Shown: positions 1 to 12,448 of the stretch, piece after piece
How positions within the stretch are numbered: the stretch's first letter is position 1
How the letters are laid out: each line of letters opens with the position of its first letter
Assembly: GCA_977018835.1 (NCBI GenBank)
Contig: OZ361256.1
Span: 6,882,001-6,946,000, forward strand
Reading direction: 5' to 3'
From: Minutocellus sp. GHC0000111
Lineage: Eukaryota
DNA: 64,000 nucleotides
Notes under the pieces: model-generated
What the model was told of the DNA's origin: nothing
Databases searched by the model: none
The model's input: the letters and a program-made list of their open reading frames with translations, nothing else
Program-made: the position numbers and the translations under genes

Positions 1-570
1 TTTATCAACAGAAACTCCAACGCCTCTTTTATAACTCACCGAAAGAAAACCACATGCCCGTGCATTACCAAGTTCGGCAGCACGAATCCAACAATCAACC
101 CCCCTCAGGATATCTCTCTTCACAACTTTATGCTTGATACCAGATACTGGGTTCGAAGGTGTCTCGCCCGATTCAAAATACATCCCTAGTAAACACCATG
201 CCAAGGGATCGTCTTTCTTTGCTCTTGTTTCGAGCTGTCGCACGCACTCCTCACCAGACTGCGGCTCTACTTCTCGGCAAAAGGGACACACCTGTTCCGT
301 TTGCTTATCGACGAATTTCTGGCTTTCTCCCATACAACCCTCACAAATTGCCTTTCCACAGCATGCCTTATAGTCTACCTGCGTGCTGATGCGCGAAAGG
401 GGTACAAGACAGATGGGGCAGTCCTCAGTTGGTGGGAGCGGGGCGAACAGGTCGGCACCCTCGAGTTCCTTCTCGAGCTTCACCACGAGTGCATCCAGAC
501 GCTTGCCGATCTCCTTTGGCGTTAGCTTCTTCGGCCTGCCGGCCTGCGCCTTCTTGCCCTTCTTGCCCAT
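1..570 (-). CDS. RING-type zinc finger + Sel1-like repeat protein, copy 1 (3' end outside window)
   Basis: Not in the ORF track. ATG at 570 reads open to position 1: MGKKGKKAQAGRPKKLTPKEIGKRLDAL...EDCPICLVPL...CCGKAICEGC...CPFCR...CWIRAAELG. N-terminus nearly identical to 863..1729. Confidence 0.85.
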   Translation of the reverse strand, partial: MGKKGKKAQAGRPKKLTPKEIGKRLDALVVKLEKELEGADLFAPLPPTEDCPICLVPLSRISTQVDYKACCGKAICEGCMGESQKFVDKQTEQVCPFCREVEPQSGEECVRQLETRAKKDDPLAWCLLGMYFESGETPSNPVSGIKHKVVKRDILRGVDCWIRAAELGNARACGFLSVSYKRGVGVSVDK

Positions 571-862
571 CGTAATGCTGGGATAACGGCGAAATGCAGC
601 TCTTCGGTGCCGATTACTGGCTGGCTGGGGCCGAGAGTACTCGAATCGACTCGACTCCTCGCCTCGACTCTACGAATTCATGAATTCATGGCGTGGCCAC
701 GGTGGCGCGCGGCGTGTGGCCGGCGTGGCTCGTAAAAAGATACCCGGAGGCCGACTTTTGAACGAAATGCTGATGAGAAAATAAAAAATCAAGATACGGT
801 GTGCCGAATTATAAATTGAGAGTGCAAGAGTACCACGAAGAAGCAGGACATACGAAACCGCG

Positions 863-1729
863 ATGGGTAAGAAAGGCAAGAAAGCGCAGGCCGGCAAGCC
901 GAAGAAACTCACGCCAAAGGATGTCGGGAAGCGGCTCGATGCCTTGGTGAAGAAACTCGGGGTGGAGCTTAAGGGTGCCGACCTATTTGCTCCACCTACA
1001 CCAGAAACGGAGGATTGCCCCATCTGCCTTGTTCCTTTCTCGCGTGCCAACATGGGCCACGTCGCATTTTGGGCCTGCTGTGGGAAGAAAGTTTGTATTG
1101 GTTGCAATGGCGAAAAGGATGCCTTTCTTGAACCAGGCAGCGACCCATTGTGCCCGTTTTGTAGGACACCTTTGGCGAGCTCAAAGCAGTGGCTTGGTCA
1201 GATGGAGGCAAGAGCCGCCAAAAATGATGCATACGCTTTGTACAATTTAGGAAGCGTTTTCCTGATGGGCACTCATCATCAGCCCAAGGACGAGCTCAGA
1301 GCACTGTGGTATTACACCCAGGCTACCGAGCTCGGCTCAGCGGGAGCGTGCGGAAGTATTTCATACTGTTATCAGAGCGGTAAAGGAGTGAGTGTGAATC
1401 TCGAGAGATCCATGTTCTTCCTTGGAGCAGCTGCATTCAAGGGGAATCTTGATTGTCGACACAACCTTGGCCGCTACAAGTATTCCTTACTTGGTAACCA
1501 CGAGAGCGCAATCCGCCATTGGAAGATTTCAGCCGAAGCTGGTATGCAGCGGTCCTTAGATGAACTCACGAATATTTTCAAAGCAGACGGCCAACTTCCT
1601 GGCAAAGAGCATATCGGTCAGCAGCTCCTCGATGAGGTGTCTCGAGCATGCCAGCAGGCCCAAGAGCGAGTCAAGAGTGAGGAGAGGGAGAAGCACAAGG
1701 GAGATGAAATTGTTTTCAAATACATGTAA
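863..1729 (+). CDS. RING-type zinc finger + Sel1-like repeat protein, copy 2
   Basis: CPIC...CCGKKVCIGC...CPFCR RING pattern, then Sel1-like helices (ALYNLG, QATELG, RHNLG, HWKISAEAG). Intronless, 288 aa. Confidence 0.85.
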   Translation: MGKKGKKAQAGKPKKLTPKDVGKRLDALVKKLGVELKGADLFAPPTPETEDCPICLVPFSRANMGHVAFWACCGKKVCIGCNGEKDAFLEPGSDPLCPFCRTPLASSKQWLGQMEARAAKNDAYALYNLGSVFLMGTHHQPKDELRALWYYTQATELGSAGACGSISYCYQSGKGVSVNLERSMFFLGAAAFKGNLDCRHNLGRYKYSLLGNHESAIRHWKISAEAGMQRSLDELTNIFKADGQLPGKEHIGQQLLDEVSRACQQAQERVKSEEREKHKGDEIVFKYM

Positions 1730-2214
1730 GGGGTCTCCAGTGTCGGTGTCACTTCTAATTACCGCAGACTGATGCCCGCAACTATTTTACAAAAAAGGAA
1801 GCGGCTAGAGTAGCGGAGGAAGCCAAGTCTCATTTTGAGACTGGCCGATGTTCCGAGGGAGATGGATTCTCTGCTCGTCATTCGAGTAGAGAGTATGGGT
1901 ACTATGAGCAATTCCGAGGTTACAGGAGCGGCCCTGAGTATCATTACGAATAAGAAAGACGAAGGTTTTGCGGCGAATTGCCTTGACTCTATTGATCTTG
2001 CCCTCAAGATGACAATTTGATAAACGTTTACGTAGATTCTGTTTATACATGTATTGCATTACAGACAATCTTTGGCGGTGTATGGGGAGGAGACGCACCT
2101 AGCTGACCTTAGTGAAACCTGTAGAAAAGTGTGATGCTGTGACCGTGCCCGGACTGGTTCGAAGCTGCACACAGCAGAATAAGTTTCACGTCTGTAGCGT
2201 CTAATGATAAAATG

Positions 2215-4820
2215 TTATCTTTTAGCAGTATTGTCCTCCGAAGAACGATGCTTATCATCGCCCTTCTTCTTTTGACTAGCACGTCCAGCCCTTCTTTTGT
2301 TTCTCTTCTTCTTACCTCCCGATGACAAGGATTCCTTCCTTTGCTTAGCGTAGCGCAAAAACTCTTCACCGCCGTCCTTATCACCAGCGACGGATGTGGC
2401 AAAGTCCACATCTCCAAATCGTAAAACATCGTCGACACTAACCAGAGATATCGGTGCCTTTTTGATATCTCTCAAGTATTCGTATCGTGTCTTGATTACA
2501 CGCTCGAGCGGATATGAAAAGTACGCCGGAAATCGAACGACCTCAAAGTAATCGAATTTGCACACCTGCGACAGATACTCCCACTTCGGCTTTAGATCCT
2601 TCTCCACGGAATATCCCAAGACAGGTGGTAATCGGCTGTAAGATAGGAAGGTAAAATGAAAGCACGAATGTTAGCACAGTTGAAAAATACGTAAGGAATA
2701 ATATCAAGACGAGCGGCAGACAACGCAAAATAATTATTTCTCAAACTCACGTGATGAATCGACCAATGTTGACGACGCCAATCCCCTTCAAGAAGGATAC
2801 CACAGGCGTCATGTCTTCCTGTACATCCAAAAGAAGAAGAGATGGGAACGCGCGGAAGATGCCGCCGAGTGAATTTTCTTGCACGCCCAATGCCTTCAAG
2901 TATGCCACGGTCTCCTCCAGCTTGGCAAGATCCGCCTCAATGAGCGCAGGGAACGACTGCATGATTATCGGCACATCGTCCTCGTCGACGCCGACATCGG
3001 TCAAAAAGTCTACCACAGAGGTGAATTGCGACATATCCAACAGCAATACACCGGGACTGGCAGCAATCATCGATGCCAAGTTCTGAACTCCGACGTTGCG
3101 GCACAGGGTTGCCGCTGTATCCGTCATGGTTCGGTAGGCATCGTCGACACGCTGACGTCGTGAAAGAGCCTGTGCCTGTGCTCGGTCCTCATTATTGGCC
3201 AGGAGAGAGATTGGATCCAGGTCAGCCATGATTTCCGAGGTCTCCATCCGATTCAAGGGCTCAACCGGTGCCACGGCATCGAGGAGGTCGGCACAGGCCG
3301 GCTTACGGATCAGAGCGCCCACGTTTTCAGGTCGCATCCGTACCGTCCTACCTGATAGGAACACCGTCAGTCGAAAAATGGCTGCTGGGGATCGAGAAAG
3401 CAGGCGAGGCAGCGCCACTTTATCTCTTCCCAGAGACTTGGCCGATACTCCAAGGGACGACATAAGGGTCACAACCTCCTCGGCCGACTTCGATCCATGA
3501 CCGGTCAGCAGACCTGGGCACGTCCTCAGCACCTTCCGCGCGTCGTACTTTCGCAACTTAAGCGTGTCACTGAGCAGCCCAAAGGTTTTGTCAAGTATCG
3601 GTCGAAGTGTATCCGTCGCCGACATGACGGCCACGCTGGGCGTGTGGGCCAGTATCGCCGCAATATCTCTTCCCGTCAGTCCAGCCTCGGTCAGCTCCTC
3701 GAGGACTGCCGCCAGCCCCCTGCTTCGTTGTATTTGTTCTGTCGTTTCTGATACAGATACCACGTCTTTTTTTTGGACATCATTGGATACTCCATTTGTT
3801 GTAGCACCATTGGTTGCTGCAGACGCCGCCTGAGAGGTAGCCGACCATACCTCATCCCTCTCCCTCAAAAACCGCTGGACGTTCCGTCTCATGACTCGGT
3901 TGAGAGCATGCTGCTGGACCGCCCTGCCGGCTTCCGCCGCCACCTCCTCCTCGGCCCCGATGGCCATCAAATCCTGCGACACCCTCTGGGCATTGTACTG
4001 CCCGTCGACAGCGTTGGAGGCCATGGTGGGTTCGAGGACGGGCGCACCCGAGCTGATGGTTCTGGTGGTGGCGGCGGTGGCTACCGCTGCTGCTGTATCT
4101 GCATCACCACCGTTTATTCTCTCTTTCTCCACAGCCACGGAGCTCATCTGCGCCGATGCTTCCTCCATTTCCACCGATCCACTGCTGCTACCGCCGCTGG
4201 TCACGTCCTCAATGTCAATGACCGCTGCCCCCTTCTTCTGGGCCGACAAAAATCGCAGCAGCGACGAATCGACGAGGGGGGCCTTGGTTTTGGTTCCACG
4301 GGAACTGCCATCACCATTGTCGCCACTTCCGATGGGCGGGTCGCTGTCAAACACCGCGCTGGAGAAGAATGGACTGCCGGTGATGGCTGCGCACGAGGCA
4401 AAATGGGCAACGATCAAGTTGTGTGAGGTGTGTGAAAAAAGTGATGGGTGAGCGAACAGGCGGCGGAGAAACTTTGGGCACATGATGTGCCGCAAATAAG
4501 ATACGCGTGCCAAAACCAGCATAAGCATGCATTTGAATTGTTCTTGTCAACTTACAAGCACTGGAAGCTACACCTAATCCAATGGTTCGAGACCGTTCGT
4601 TCGAGGAGGACGACGATGCGGCATCCCCGCCGGATGGTCGGGGCAGGCCGGGAGATTGCGGGGTCGGTAACCGTCGGTTGGCGGTGGTGCTGGCCGGCGT
4701 TGGCTCTCGTCGTGCTGTGCCGCCGTTGGCCGGCCGCTGGACGAATGCCTCGACGCTCGACAGCAATATCGGCGCGGCTAGGAGGGCCGCCACCTTCCTG
4801 GACCGCTTGGCCTTGGTCAT
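2215..4820 (-). CDS. Plastid-targeted mTERF family protein (exons 4820-4556, 4386-2751, 2635-2215)
   Basis: Signal peptide ending VEA-FVQ. GT-AG introns join in frame. mTERF repeats (SFPALI, AFPSLL, RLPPVLGYSVEKDLKPKWEYL, RFPAYFSYPLERVIKTRYEYL). Confidence 0.85.
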
Positions 4821-7306
4821 GGTGGCTCGAATTCCTCGGCCTTGCTTTGTTTTGGGCTCAAATGACGAACGAATTCGAAGTTTCGATGATCCGCCAAGTT
4901 GAACCTTTGGGGAAGTTCGCGATGGCGGGACCAGAGGAGAGCGGCGAAAATGGCGACGGAAAGACCCTTTTCGGGACCACTGCCACCTCACACCCGTCCA
5001 TCCATCCTGATGCACGAGATGTGCATGTTGATGACTGCGAACGAAGCGGCGGATACGACCAACAGTGAAAAGAAGAACCCTTTCGGTGGTGATCAGTTGG
5101 CGAATCTCTCGCATAAGCAGTAGTAGACAGCGCAGACACTGAACCATATCACAGGGAATAGACAATTGAGACAAGATGAAGCTCCCCAAATTGGCTTTGG
5201 CCGTGTTCCTGGCGTCGTCGTCGACCAGTTCGGTTACCGCCTTTGCGCCGACACCAACGACGATCAATAGCGGCAGCAATGGACAATACCGAAGAGCTGG
5301 TGCTGTTTCCAACACTGCCGCCACCAACGTACAACGCACAACCAGAGCATTCGCATCGCCCTTTGGAGGATCAGCCGATGAGGAATATTCCTCAGCGGCC
5401 AAGCGGAAGAGGCCGAGGTCTCCGTATGCGGCGTTCCGATCTCAGCCTCAAACCTCCGCTCAACCTCATGCGTCAGCCTCATCCTCATCCGTGACTTCCA
5501 AGTCGGCCCTTCGTGCCTCGATCGAGGAGGACATTGAAATTGTTTCCACTTCCTCCAGCTCTAGCAGCAGCGACATTGAGGCCGCCAAGGCAGCCGCCGC
5601 GGCCGATGCGTCCCTGGCCTCGTCCGCCCCCCTCCTGTCCCGGAACGAGGCCCGCTCGTCCGCCTCCTCCTACCTCTCCCAATACGCCGGCGAGTCCGCC
5701 GCCTCCATCATCTACTCCAAGCTCGTCGAGAACGACGTCACGGTCGTCAACGGCTACTCCGGCGGGGCCGTCCTGCCCCTCCTCGACCAGTTCCACGGCG
5801 AGCATCCCCGGCACGGCACCGACGAAAACGGCAACGTCCGCAAGATTCGATGGATCACCAACTCCAACGAGTCCAGCGCCGGACACATCGGCGAAGGATT
5901 TGCCAAGTCGGCGCCGAGCTGGAAGGACGGCAAGATGCAGGCCGGCGTCGTCGTCGCCACGTCCGGTCCCGGCGTGACCAACCTCATCACCCCCATTACC
6001 GATGCCATGTGCGACGGCGTTCCCCTCGTCGTCCTCTGCGGGCAGGCCGCCACCTTTGCCCCGGAAGCAGCCTTCCAGAGCTGTCCGGCCGTCGACCTCA
6101 CCCGTCCCGTCACCAAGTGGGCGTACCAGATCACCTCGGCCGCCGAGGTGCCCTTCGTCATGGACTATGCCTTCTACGTCGCCCGCAATGGCCGTCCCGG
6201 TCCCGTCTTCATCGACCTGCCCAAGGATTTGCAGAACCAGGTCATCACCGACGACCTCATCCAGGAGTTCACCGCCGGCCTCGCCGATGTGTCCGCCGAT
6301 GGACACGCCGGAGGATACGTTGCCCCCACGGCCTCCAAGACGGCCAACTTCGACGCCCCCTTTGTGGGTCTGAGCACCCACACCCGACCCAACGGGGAGG
6401 GACACTACGCCCTCCACCTCGGCGATCCCGACCAGGGCCTCGGCTTTGACGTCGACGCCTCCGACCTCACCCTCCGTCCCACCCTGAGCCCTCGGTCCGG
6501 TGCCGACGAATCCTACGAGCTCGACATCCACCCCACCAATACCATCCACGAGACCAAGATCGAGACCGACGGCAGCACGACCACCCGCATCGGCAACCTC
6601 GCGCCGGGCACGGAGGTGATGACCGAAATGCTCGACCTCATCCGGCAGGCGCGGAAGCCCGTCATCATCGCCGGGCAGGGCTGTAACGACGCCCCCGCCG
6701 AACTGCTGGCCTTCGCCGAAGCCCTCCAGATCCCCGTCACCACCACCCTCCACGCCATGGGGGTGTTCGACGAGCGCCATCCCCTGGCCCTCAACATGCT
6801 CGGCATGCACGGCCACGCCACCCCCAACTTCATGGTGCAGGAGTGCGACCTCCTCATCAACATTGGGTCGAGGTTCGACGATCGCATCACCGGCGCCCTC
6901 GGATCGTTCCTGCCCGAGGCCCGCCGGGCCGCCGTCGAGGGCAGGGGTGGGGTCATCCACGTCGACATCCGCAAGTCCGAGCATGCCAAGCAGGTGGAAC
7001 CTAACTTCTTCGTCCATTCCACCGGCGTCGATTTCCTCAAGGCCGTCAACGAGGTGCTTGGACTCGGTGGGGACGGCGAGGTCAAGCCCGCCACGACCAC
7101 CCGATCGTGGCTCAAGTACAAGGCCGAGCTCGAGAAGGAATATCCCGTCCCCGTCCCCGAGTACCGTCCCGAAACCATCAAGGTCCAGGGCGAGGACGGA
7201 TCGGAGCACGACGAGACCCGGACCAAGATGTCCTCCCAGTACGTCATCAAGAAGATGAACGAGGTTATCCTCGCCGCCGACCGGATGGACGACTGCTTCT
7301 TCTCCA

Positions 7307-7418
7307 CCGGCGTCGGCATCCACCAGATGGTCGCCGCCCAGCACATCACCTGGACCCAGCCCCCGGCGTCGGCATCCACCAGATGGTCGCCGCCCAGCAC
7401 ATCACCTGGACCCAGCCC
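7307..7418 (+). repeat. Exact 56-bp tandem duplication inside ALS
   Basis: ccggcgtcggcatccaccagatgg...cctggacccagccc at 7307-7362 and 7363-7418; 56 is not a multiple of 3. Confidence 0.95.
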
Positions 7419-7570
7419 CGGCAGATGCTCAGCTCGGTCTCCCTCGGCACCATGGGCGTGTTCCTCGGCTACACCATCGGGGCCAAGCTGGCCAACCCCC
7501 AGGCCATCTGCATCGGCATCGACGGAGACGGGTCGTTCAACATGACCTTCACGGAGCTCAAGACGGTGGC

Positions 7571-7836
7571 CGGCATGGTCGCAATAGACGGACTTGATGC
7601 GGAACGACTCGGCCAACTTGACGTAATCGGGGTTGGTATTCCGCACGGCCAGGTACCGCTCCCCGTGGGCATCCCCATCAAGATGATCATCCTGGACAAC
7701 GAGAGTCAGATGATGGTCGAGTACTGGCAGCGTTTGTTCCACGGGGAGCGGTACCTGGCCGTGCGGAATACCAACCCCGATTACGTCAAGTTGGCCGAGT
7801 CGTTCCGCATCAAGTCCGTCTATTGCGACCATGCCG
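7571..7836. repeat. Perfect 98-bp inverted repeat with 70-bp spacer inside ALS
   Basis: 7571-7668 is the reverse complement of 7739-7836. The same peptide (HGERYLAVRNTNPDYVKLAESFRIKSVYCDHA) appears on both strands in the ORF track. Confidence 0.95.
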
Positions 7837-8191
7837 AAGATTTGGAGGCCAAGTTGAGGGAGTTCTTGTTTGGGGATCCGGAGGAGCCCGTTCTGTTCCA
7901 CTGCCGCGTGGAGCGTACCCTCTGCATGCCCATGGTGGCACCCGGCAAGGCCTTGGATGACATGATCCATCGTGATGAGGCATTCGAGGTGGACCCCACT
8001 GCCGCACCATCGTAAAGAAAATCAATCGGAGCGTGGGAATATGCAGCAGTGTTCAAGTTTTATCATCACAAAATCTTATTCACTCTTCTTAGACGATAAT
8101 ACAAATTCATTTAGCGCAATATAATTATATTTCAACACAGCACTGTATTGTAGCTAATTTTCTATTTCATATTATTATGCCTGCTACGAGC

Positions 8192-11100
8192 TTAGCCCAT
8201 GAGTGCACCGCCTCGGCTCATACCGGCCATTGGCGAGGCCTTGACAATTTCATCCTGGACGAATCCCTTGGGCTGGACGGTCTTGCCGATCGCGGTGTAG
8301 AGGTCCTTGTCATCGAGGCCGAGCGTCTCTAGGGTGAGCTGAAGGTCACGAACGGTGATGGCATCGACAACAGCATGGAAGTCGGTGACGGAGAGTGGAC
8401 CCTTGAGGGGTATGGACTCCTGCTGAAGGCCGGACATCATCATGGCCCAGTAGCTCGAGGTACGGAGCTCACCCTCGTGTCTGTTAAGGACGACACGCTT
8501 GGCGGACTCGAGGTTGTCGGGAGAAATGGGGTTGGACTTGCGCAGAGTCTCAAGGGTCTCCTTGCAGGCATCGAGGGCCTTTTGGGCATTCTCCTTGGAT
8601 GCCGTGACAGTGACGAGGAACCATCCTCCCTTGAGACGTTCGAATCCAGTAAAGGAGAAGTTGGCATCGTATGTCAGCTGCTTGCGTTCTCGCACGGTGC
8701 TGAACAATCTTCTGTTGACGATCTCAGCCACCAAGGCAAGGGCGACATTCGCAAAGAGAGGGTGCGCTCTTCTCTGCTTGTCGTAGTCGGTGGCCTTCTT
8801 GTCGGCCTCAGAAACCCTCTCGGCGACGGTGGTACCGTCGGCAAGGTATCCCCAAAGGTTAGGCGCGGAACCTGCCACATACGAAACAGCACGCGGGTCG
8901 GAATCGGAGAGCTCCAAGTCAATGTGCTCACCGGGGCTCTTGAGAGCGGGATCGGTGCCGAAGGAAGTGTTTGCAGCCTCGTCCTTGGTCATGGCGAACT
9001 CAGAGTTGGCATCGGCGGGGATGGATCCGAGATATTTGAGGACAAGCTCAAGAACCTCCTTGACGTCGAAGTCACCGGAGGTGGAGATCTCGAGCTCGCC
9101 GGGAAGCAGCTGGGACATGACCGAATTCTTGGCATCGTCGAGGGTCACGGCGTTGACCGTTTCAGTGTCAATGGAAAGGAATCTATCGATTGCAAGGAGA
9201 TAAAAGAGAAGTCAGTAGAGTTTGTGAGTAATGGAAGTATACTAATGGCGAGAAAAAATATCAACACCAGCTCAACTCACCGCTTGTCGTCCTGGGTCAT
9301 CGACTCCATAATCATCTCAGTTGTCTTGCCTTCAAGATTCTTCTGAAGACTCTCGTGGGCACTTCGGAAGCTCTGCTTGCTTCTACCGAGAGCATCTTCC
9401 TCCCAGTGGAAGCCAACAAGTACTTCGCGGACGATCTGCATCACGGCCTCGGTTCCGGTGATGCCCAGCTTGACGTTCTCGCCGAAACCGACGTTGCCGA
9501 CATTGGTAGTGGGGAAAGTGAAGTCCATAATCAAGGATTCCTCGTTGCAGTTGATCTCTACCATGATGAGATGGTCAACGCAGAAAAGCTCAACCTGCTC
9601 ACGAGTCCAGGGGCCGAAGGCTCCACCCTCCTGCATGGCCCGCGCTCCGACAGCCATGCTTCCCTCCTTGAAACCAAATCTCTTCTCGGCATCTCTGCCA
9701 CCAGGAGCGACAAGACGGAGGTGACCACGCTGAGACTCAAAAGGATTCTGGGCTACGTTGACGCGAATTCCGTTCTCAAGGCGACGGAGAGTGAATGGTC
9801 GCGTGAGCTTGTCAGGAGCAGTATCGGGGGTTCCGTCACTGAAAGTTCCGCCGAGCCACTTAGGGGGGTTCTCCTCAATAGCGTTGTTGAGCTCATCCTC
9901 GGGAACTAGAGAATACGGGACGACAACATCCTCCTCTGGCTCAACATCGATCTTGCATGCCTCCTTGATGCATTTGACGAGTTCTTTCTCGTCAACAAAA
10001 TCAGCACCGCTCTCATCATCAGTCTTGGGGCAGCATGCAACCGCAACGACATTTCCTTCTGACATTCCACCCTCGTCTCCGGCGATGCCAGTAACATGAG
10101 AGCAGAGCTCCTTGGCGGCCTGATTTACCTCCTCCAACGTCATGGTCGAGAGAGCCTTGGCCGTCATTTCATAGGACTGTTCGGGCGACATGAAAGTGTG
10201 TCCGTTGGCAACCGTCTCCATGAGGTATGCCAACTGATCTCCATGGCTAATGCGATCACCCTGTGCGGCAAGCTGTTCGGCATCGGTCATGAGTGCCGAC
10301 GCATATCGCTCCATCTCTCCAGGAGTAACACCGAACTTGCCCAACTTCCGAATTTCCGAAAGGGACTTGCAGATGGCATCCTTCCATCGGTTCGGCTCGG
10401 CGGTCAGGTCCAGACTGCACACGGCACAGCCTTCACGGGCCGAATCGAGCTGATTGAACTCCACAAACGTAAAGGCAGGATCATCGCTACGTCCACCGAC
10501 ATTGAGCCGAATCTGCAAAGCGGCAAGAGCCACTCGACGAGCCAGACTGCGCTTGAACGAGGGAAGATCGGTGATGGGATCGACGGGCCTCTTGGCAAAC
10601 AGATGCAACGAAAAGGCCTGAAGCAGCTCATGGCGGAAAATATGAGGGCGAAGGGAAAATCCATTCGAAACCTCATCGGTATCCAAGAACTTGACATACT
10701 CATCCAGCGAGTAGGGCTTCTGCAGATGAATGTCATAATCCGTCTTGCCATCGGCCTTATCAGCCTCCATGAGGGACCTGTACTCGGCCGAATCCGAAGG
10801 GATGCACCAATCATGCTTGACGGGTGGGTAATGCCAGCTCTGCTTTGCCTTGACGGTGGCATCAACCACGGCATCGGCTAGATCGGATGCCTCCTCCTTG
10901 AGCTCTGGGAGCTTGATCTCAGCTGCCTGTCGCTCCGCGGTGATATGACCAAACTTATCCTCAATAACCTTTTCCGCATCGGCCGGGTCAACATCGCCCA
11001 CAATATAGAGCAAAACATTGTCGGGACGGTAGTGCGTCCGATGCCACGTCTTGACATCGGCAGGCTGCCAACTCCGGATGAGCTTCTCCTTGCCAATGGG

Positions 11101-12133
11101 GAATCGCTTGGCCAAACGGTTCTCTCTGTGCAGAGTCGACAGAATCTGACACTCTACTCGATACTCAGTGGTGTTGACCATGGTCATCTCCGACAGCACC
11201 GCCGCGCGTTCCTTCTCCAATCGGGACGGTTCGACCCGTGCCTCCATCACATCGCAAAGGGCATCGAGAGCCATGGGAAGCATGGGGACGTTGCCCCGAG
11301 GGGTGGTGGTGGGACAGGCGGCGTAGAAGACGATGTGATGAAAATCGGTGTAGGCGTTGGTTTGCGAACCGGTGCCAAACAACCGCTCACGCTTCCTGGA
11401 TCCCATGTACGCCACGTGCTCGGTAAGATGGGCGATTCCCTGCTGAGGTTCGAGCTCATCGGCTATCGATTGAAAAGAATAAAGCACATGATGTAATGAG
11501 TTGCATGCATAATAAAGATACAAAGTAAATACCGGAGACACAGACTCTTCAGAGCAAATTCAACCACAAACTAAACTCACATGAACCAGAGAACACCTGC
11601 AAATGCGCCTCGAATCGTCCGGGTGGGCTCTTGTTGGGCAAAACCACATAACTCAGCCCATTCTTCAATACTCCACTCTTGACGTCGGGATGGACCGGAA
11701 GCGGTTCTCCGCTGCGATTGGCCACGACGCGGGGCGCGGCCGGATCGTCCAAGCTACCGGGATACAGCAAATTGAGCGGCGAAACGTGATCGCGGACGCT
11801 GGGGTGCTCGGCCGTAGCGGCGGCCGCACCCCGCAGAGCCGTGGCGGCCTTGGACTTGGCCGCGCTGGTCGCACCGAACAGGTTGGACAGGCTGAAAGGT
11901 TCCTTCGAGGAGGAGGAGCCGGAGTCGTCATCGGCGCTGCCGTTTCTGCTCATAAAGAGACGGCTGGAGGCCGTGTTCTTGGAAATACTGGCAGAGGCAG
12001 CCGCCGAGGAGGTAACAGCAGGAGATGCAGGTCTGGGCGGCAAAAGCCGAGCGCCGGACTCGAGGTGAGTAAAGGCATTCGCTACCGAGAGGGTGGCCAG
12101 GATCGCCACGCTGGCGCTCTTGAACCAGTACAT
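8192..12133 (-). CDS. SPP: Stromal processing peptidase (M16 zinc metallopeptidase), plastid-targeted (exons 12133-11581, 11462-9281, 9182-8192)
   Basis: Signal + ANA-FT. GRFEAHL, inverted zinc motif HLTEH, NAYTDFHH, RFPIGKE, RLFSTVRE..LTYD. Introns restore one frame. Confidence 0.9.
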
Positions 12134-12448
12134 GATTCAAGTGTATATGTGTGGCTGTCCTCCAATAATTGTACTTGCGCTGATCACCCAAAGCTACGCT
12201 AGTCCTTCGCTGGAACGACACCGCACCGATACCGATCGATCGATGGAAGTGATGGTTGGCAGTTGAAGAAAAAGCTCGAACGCACTTGCACTAAGTGATC
12301 CCGATTTGGGGTTTGTATTCCCGTTTCTGATCCCGGAAATAGAGCTAATCCCGATTTTGAGCTTTCAGCATTGGCTGGTCCAGCCGAGCCGTCCAGCCGG
12401 CAAACGATACTCCCTGGCGGCTCTCGGCAAACGTTTTGCGACGATACC

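Larger units (their letters stand above)
5176..8015 (+). pseudogene. ALS: Acetolactate synthase (AHAS/ALS) catalytic subunit, plastid-targeted; frameshifted in this sequence
   Basis: VTA-FAP targeting peptide; GYSGGAVLP, ATSGPGVTN, GRPGPVFIDLPKD, MLGMHG, RFDDRITG, TGVGIHQM, ThDP-binding IDGDGSF...DN. The frame changes from ORF 5176..7545 to ORF 7107..8015 at a 56-bp duplication. Confidence 0.9.

Noticed and set aside
1726..2020. Possible extra exon or small gene after RING-Sel1 copy 2 (GTAAGG at the stop, short open frames downstream)
   Set aside because: The implied intron would be only ~42 nt, and copy 2 already ends where copy 3 ends; no recognisable domain.
5485..7344. Long antisense and alternative-frame ORFs (e.g. 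619 aa here; also 44547-45857, 51710-53017, 34059-35453)
   Set aside because: Shadows of GC3-rich real genes on the other strand or frame; no independent motifs.
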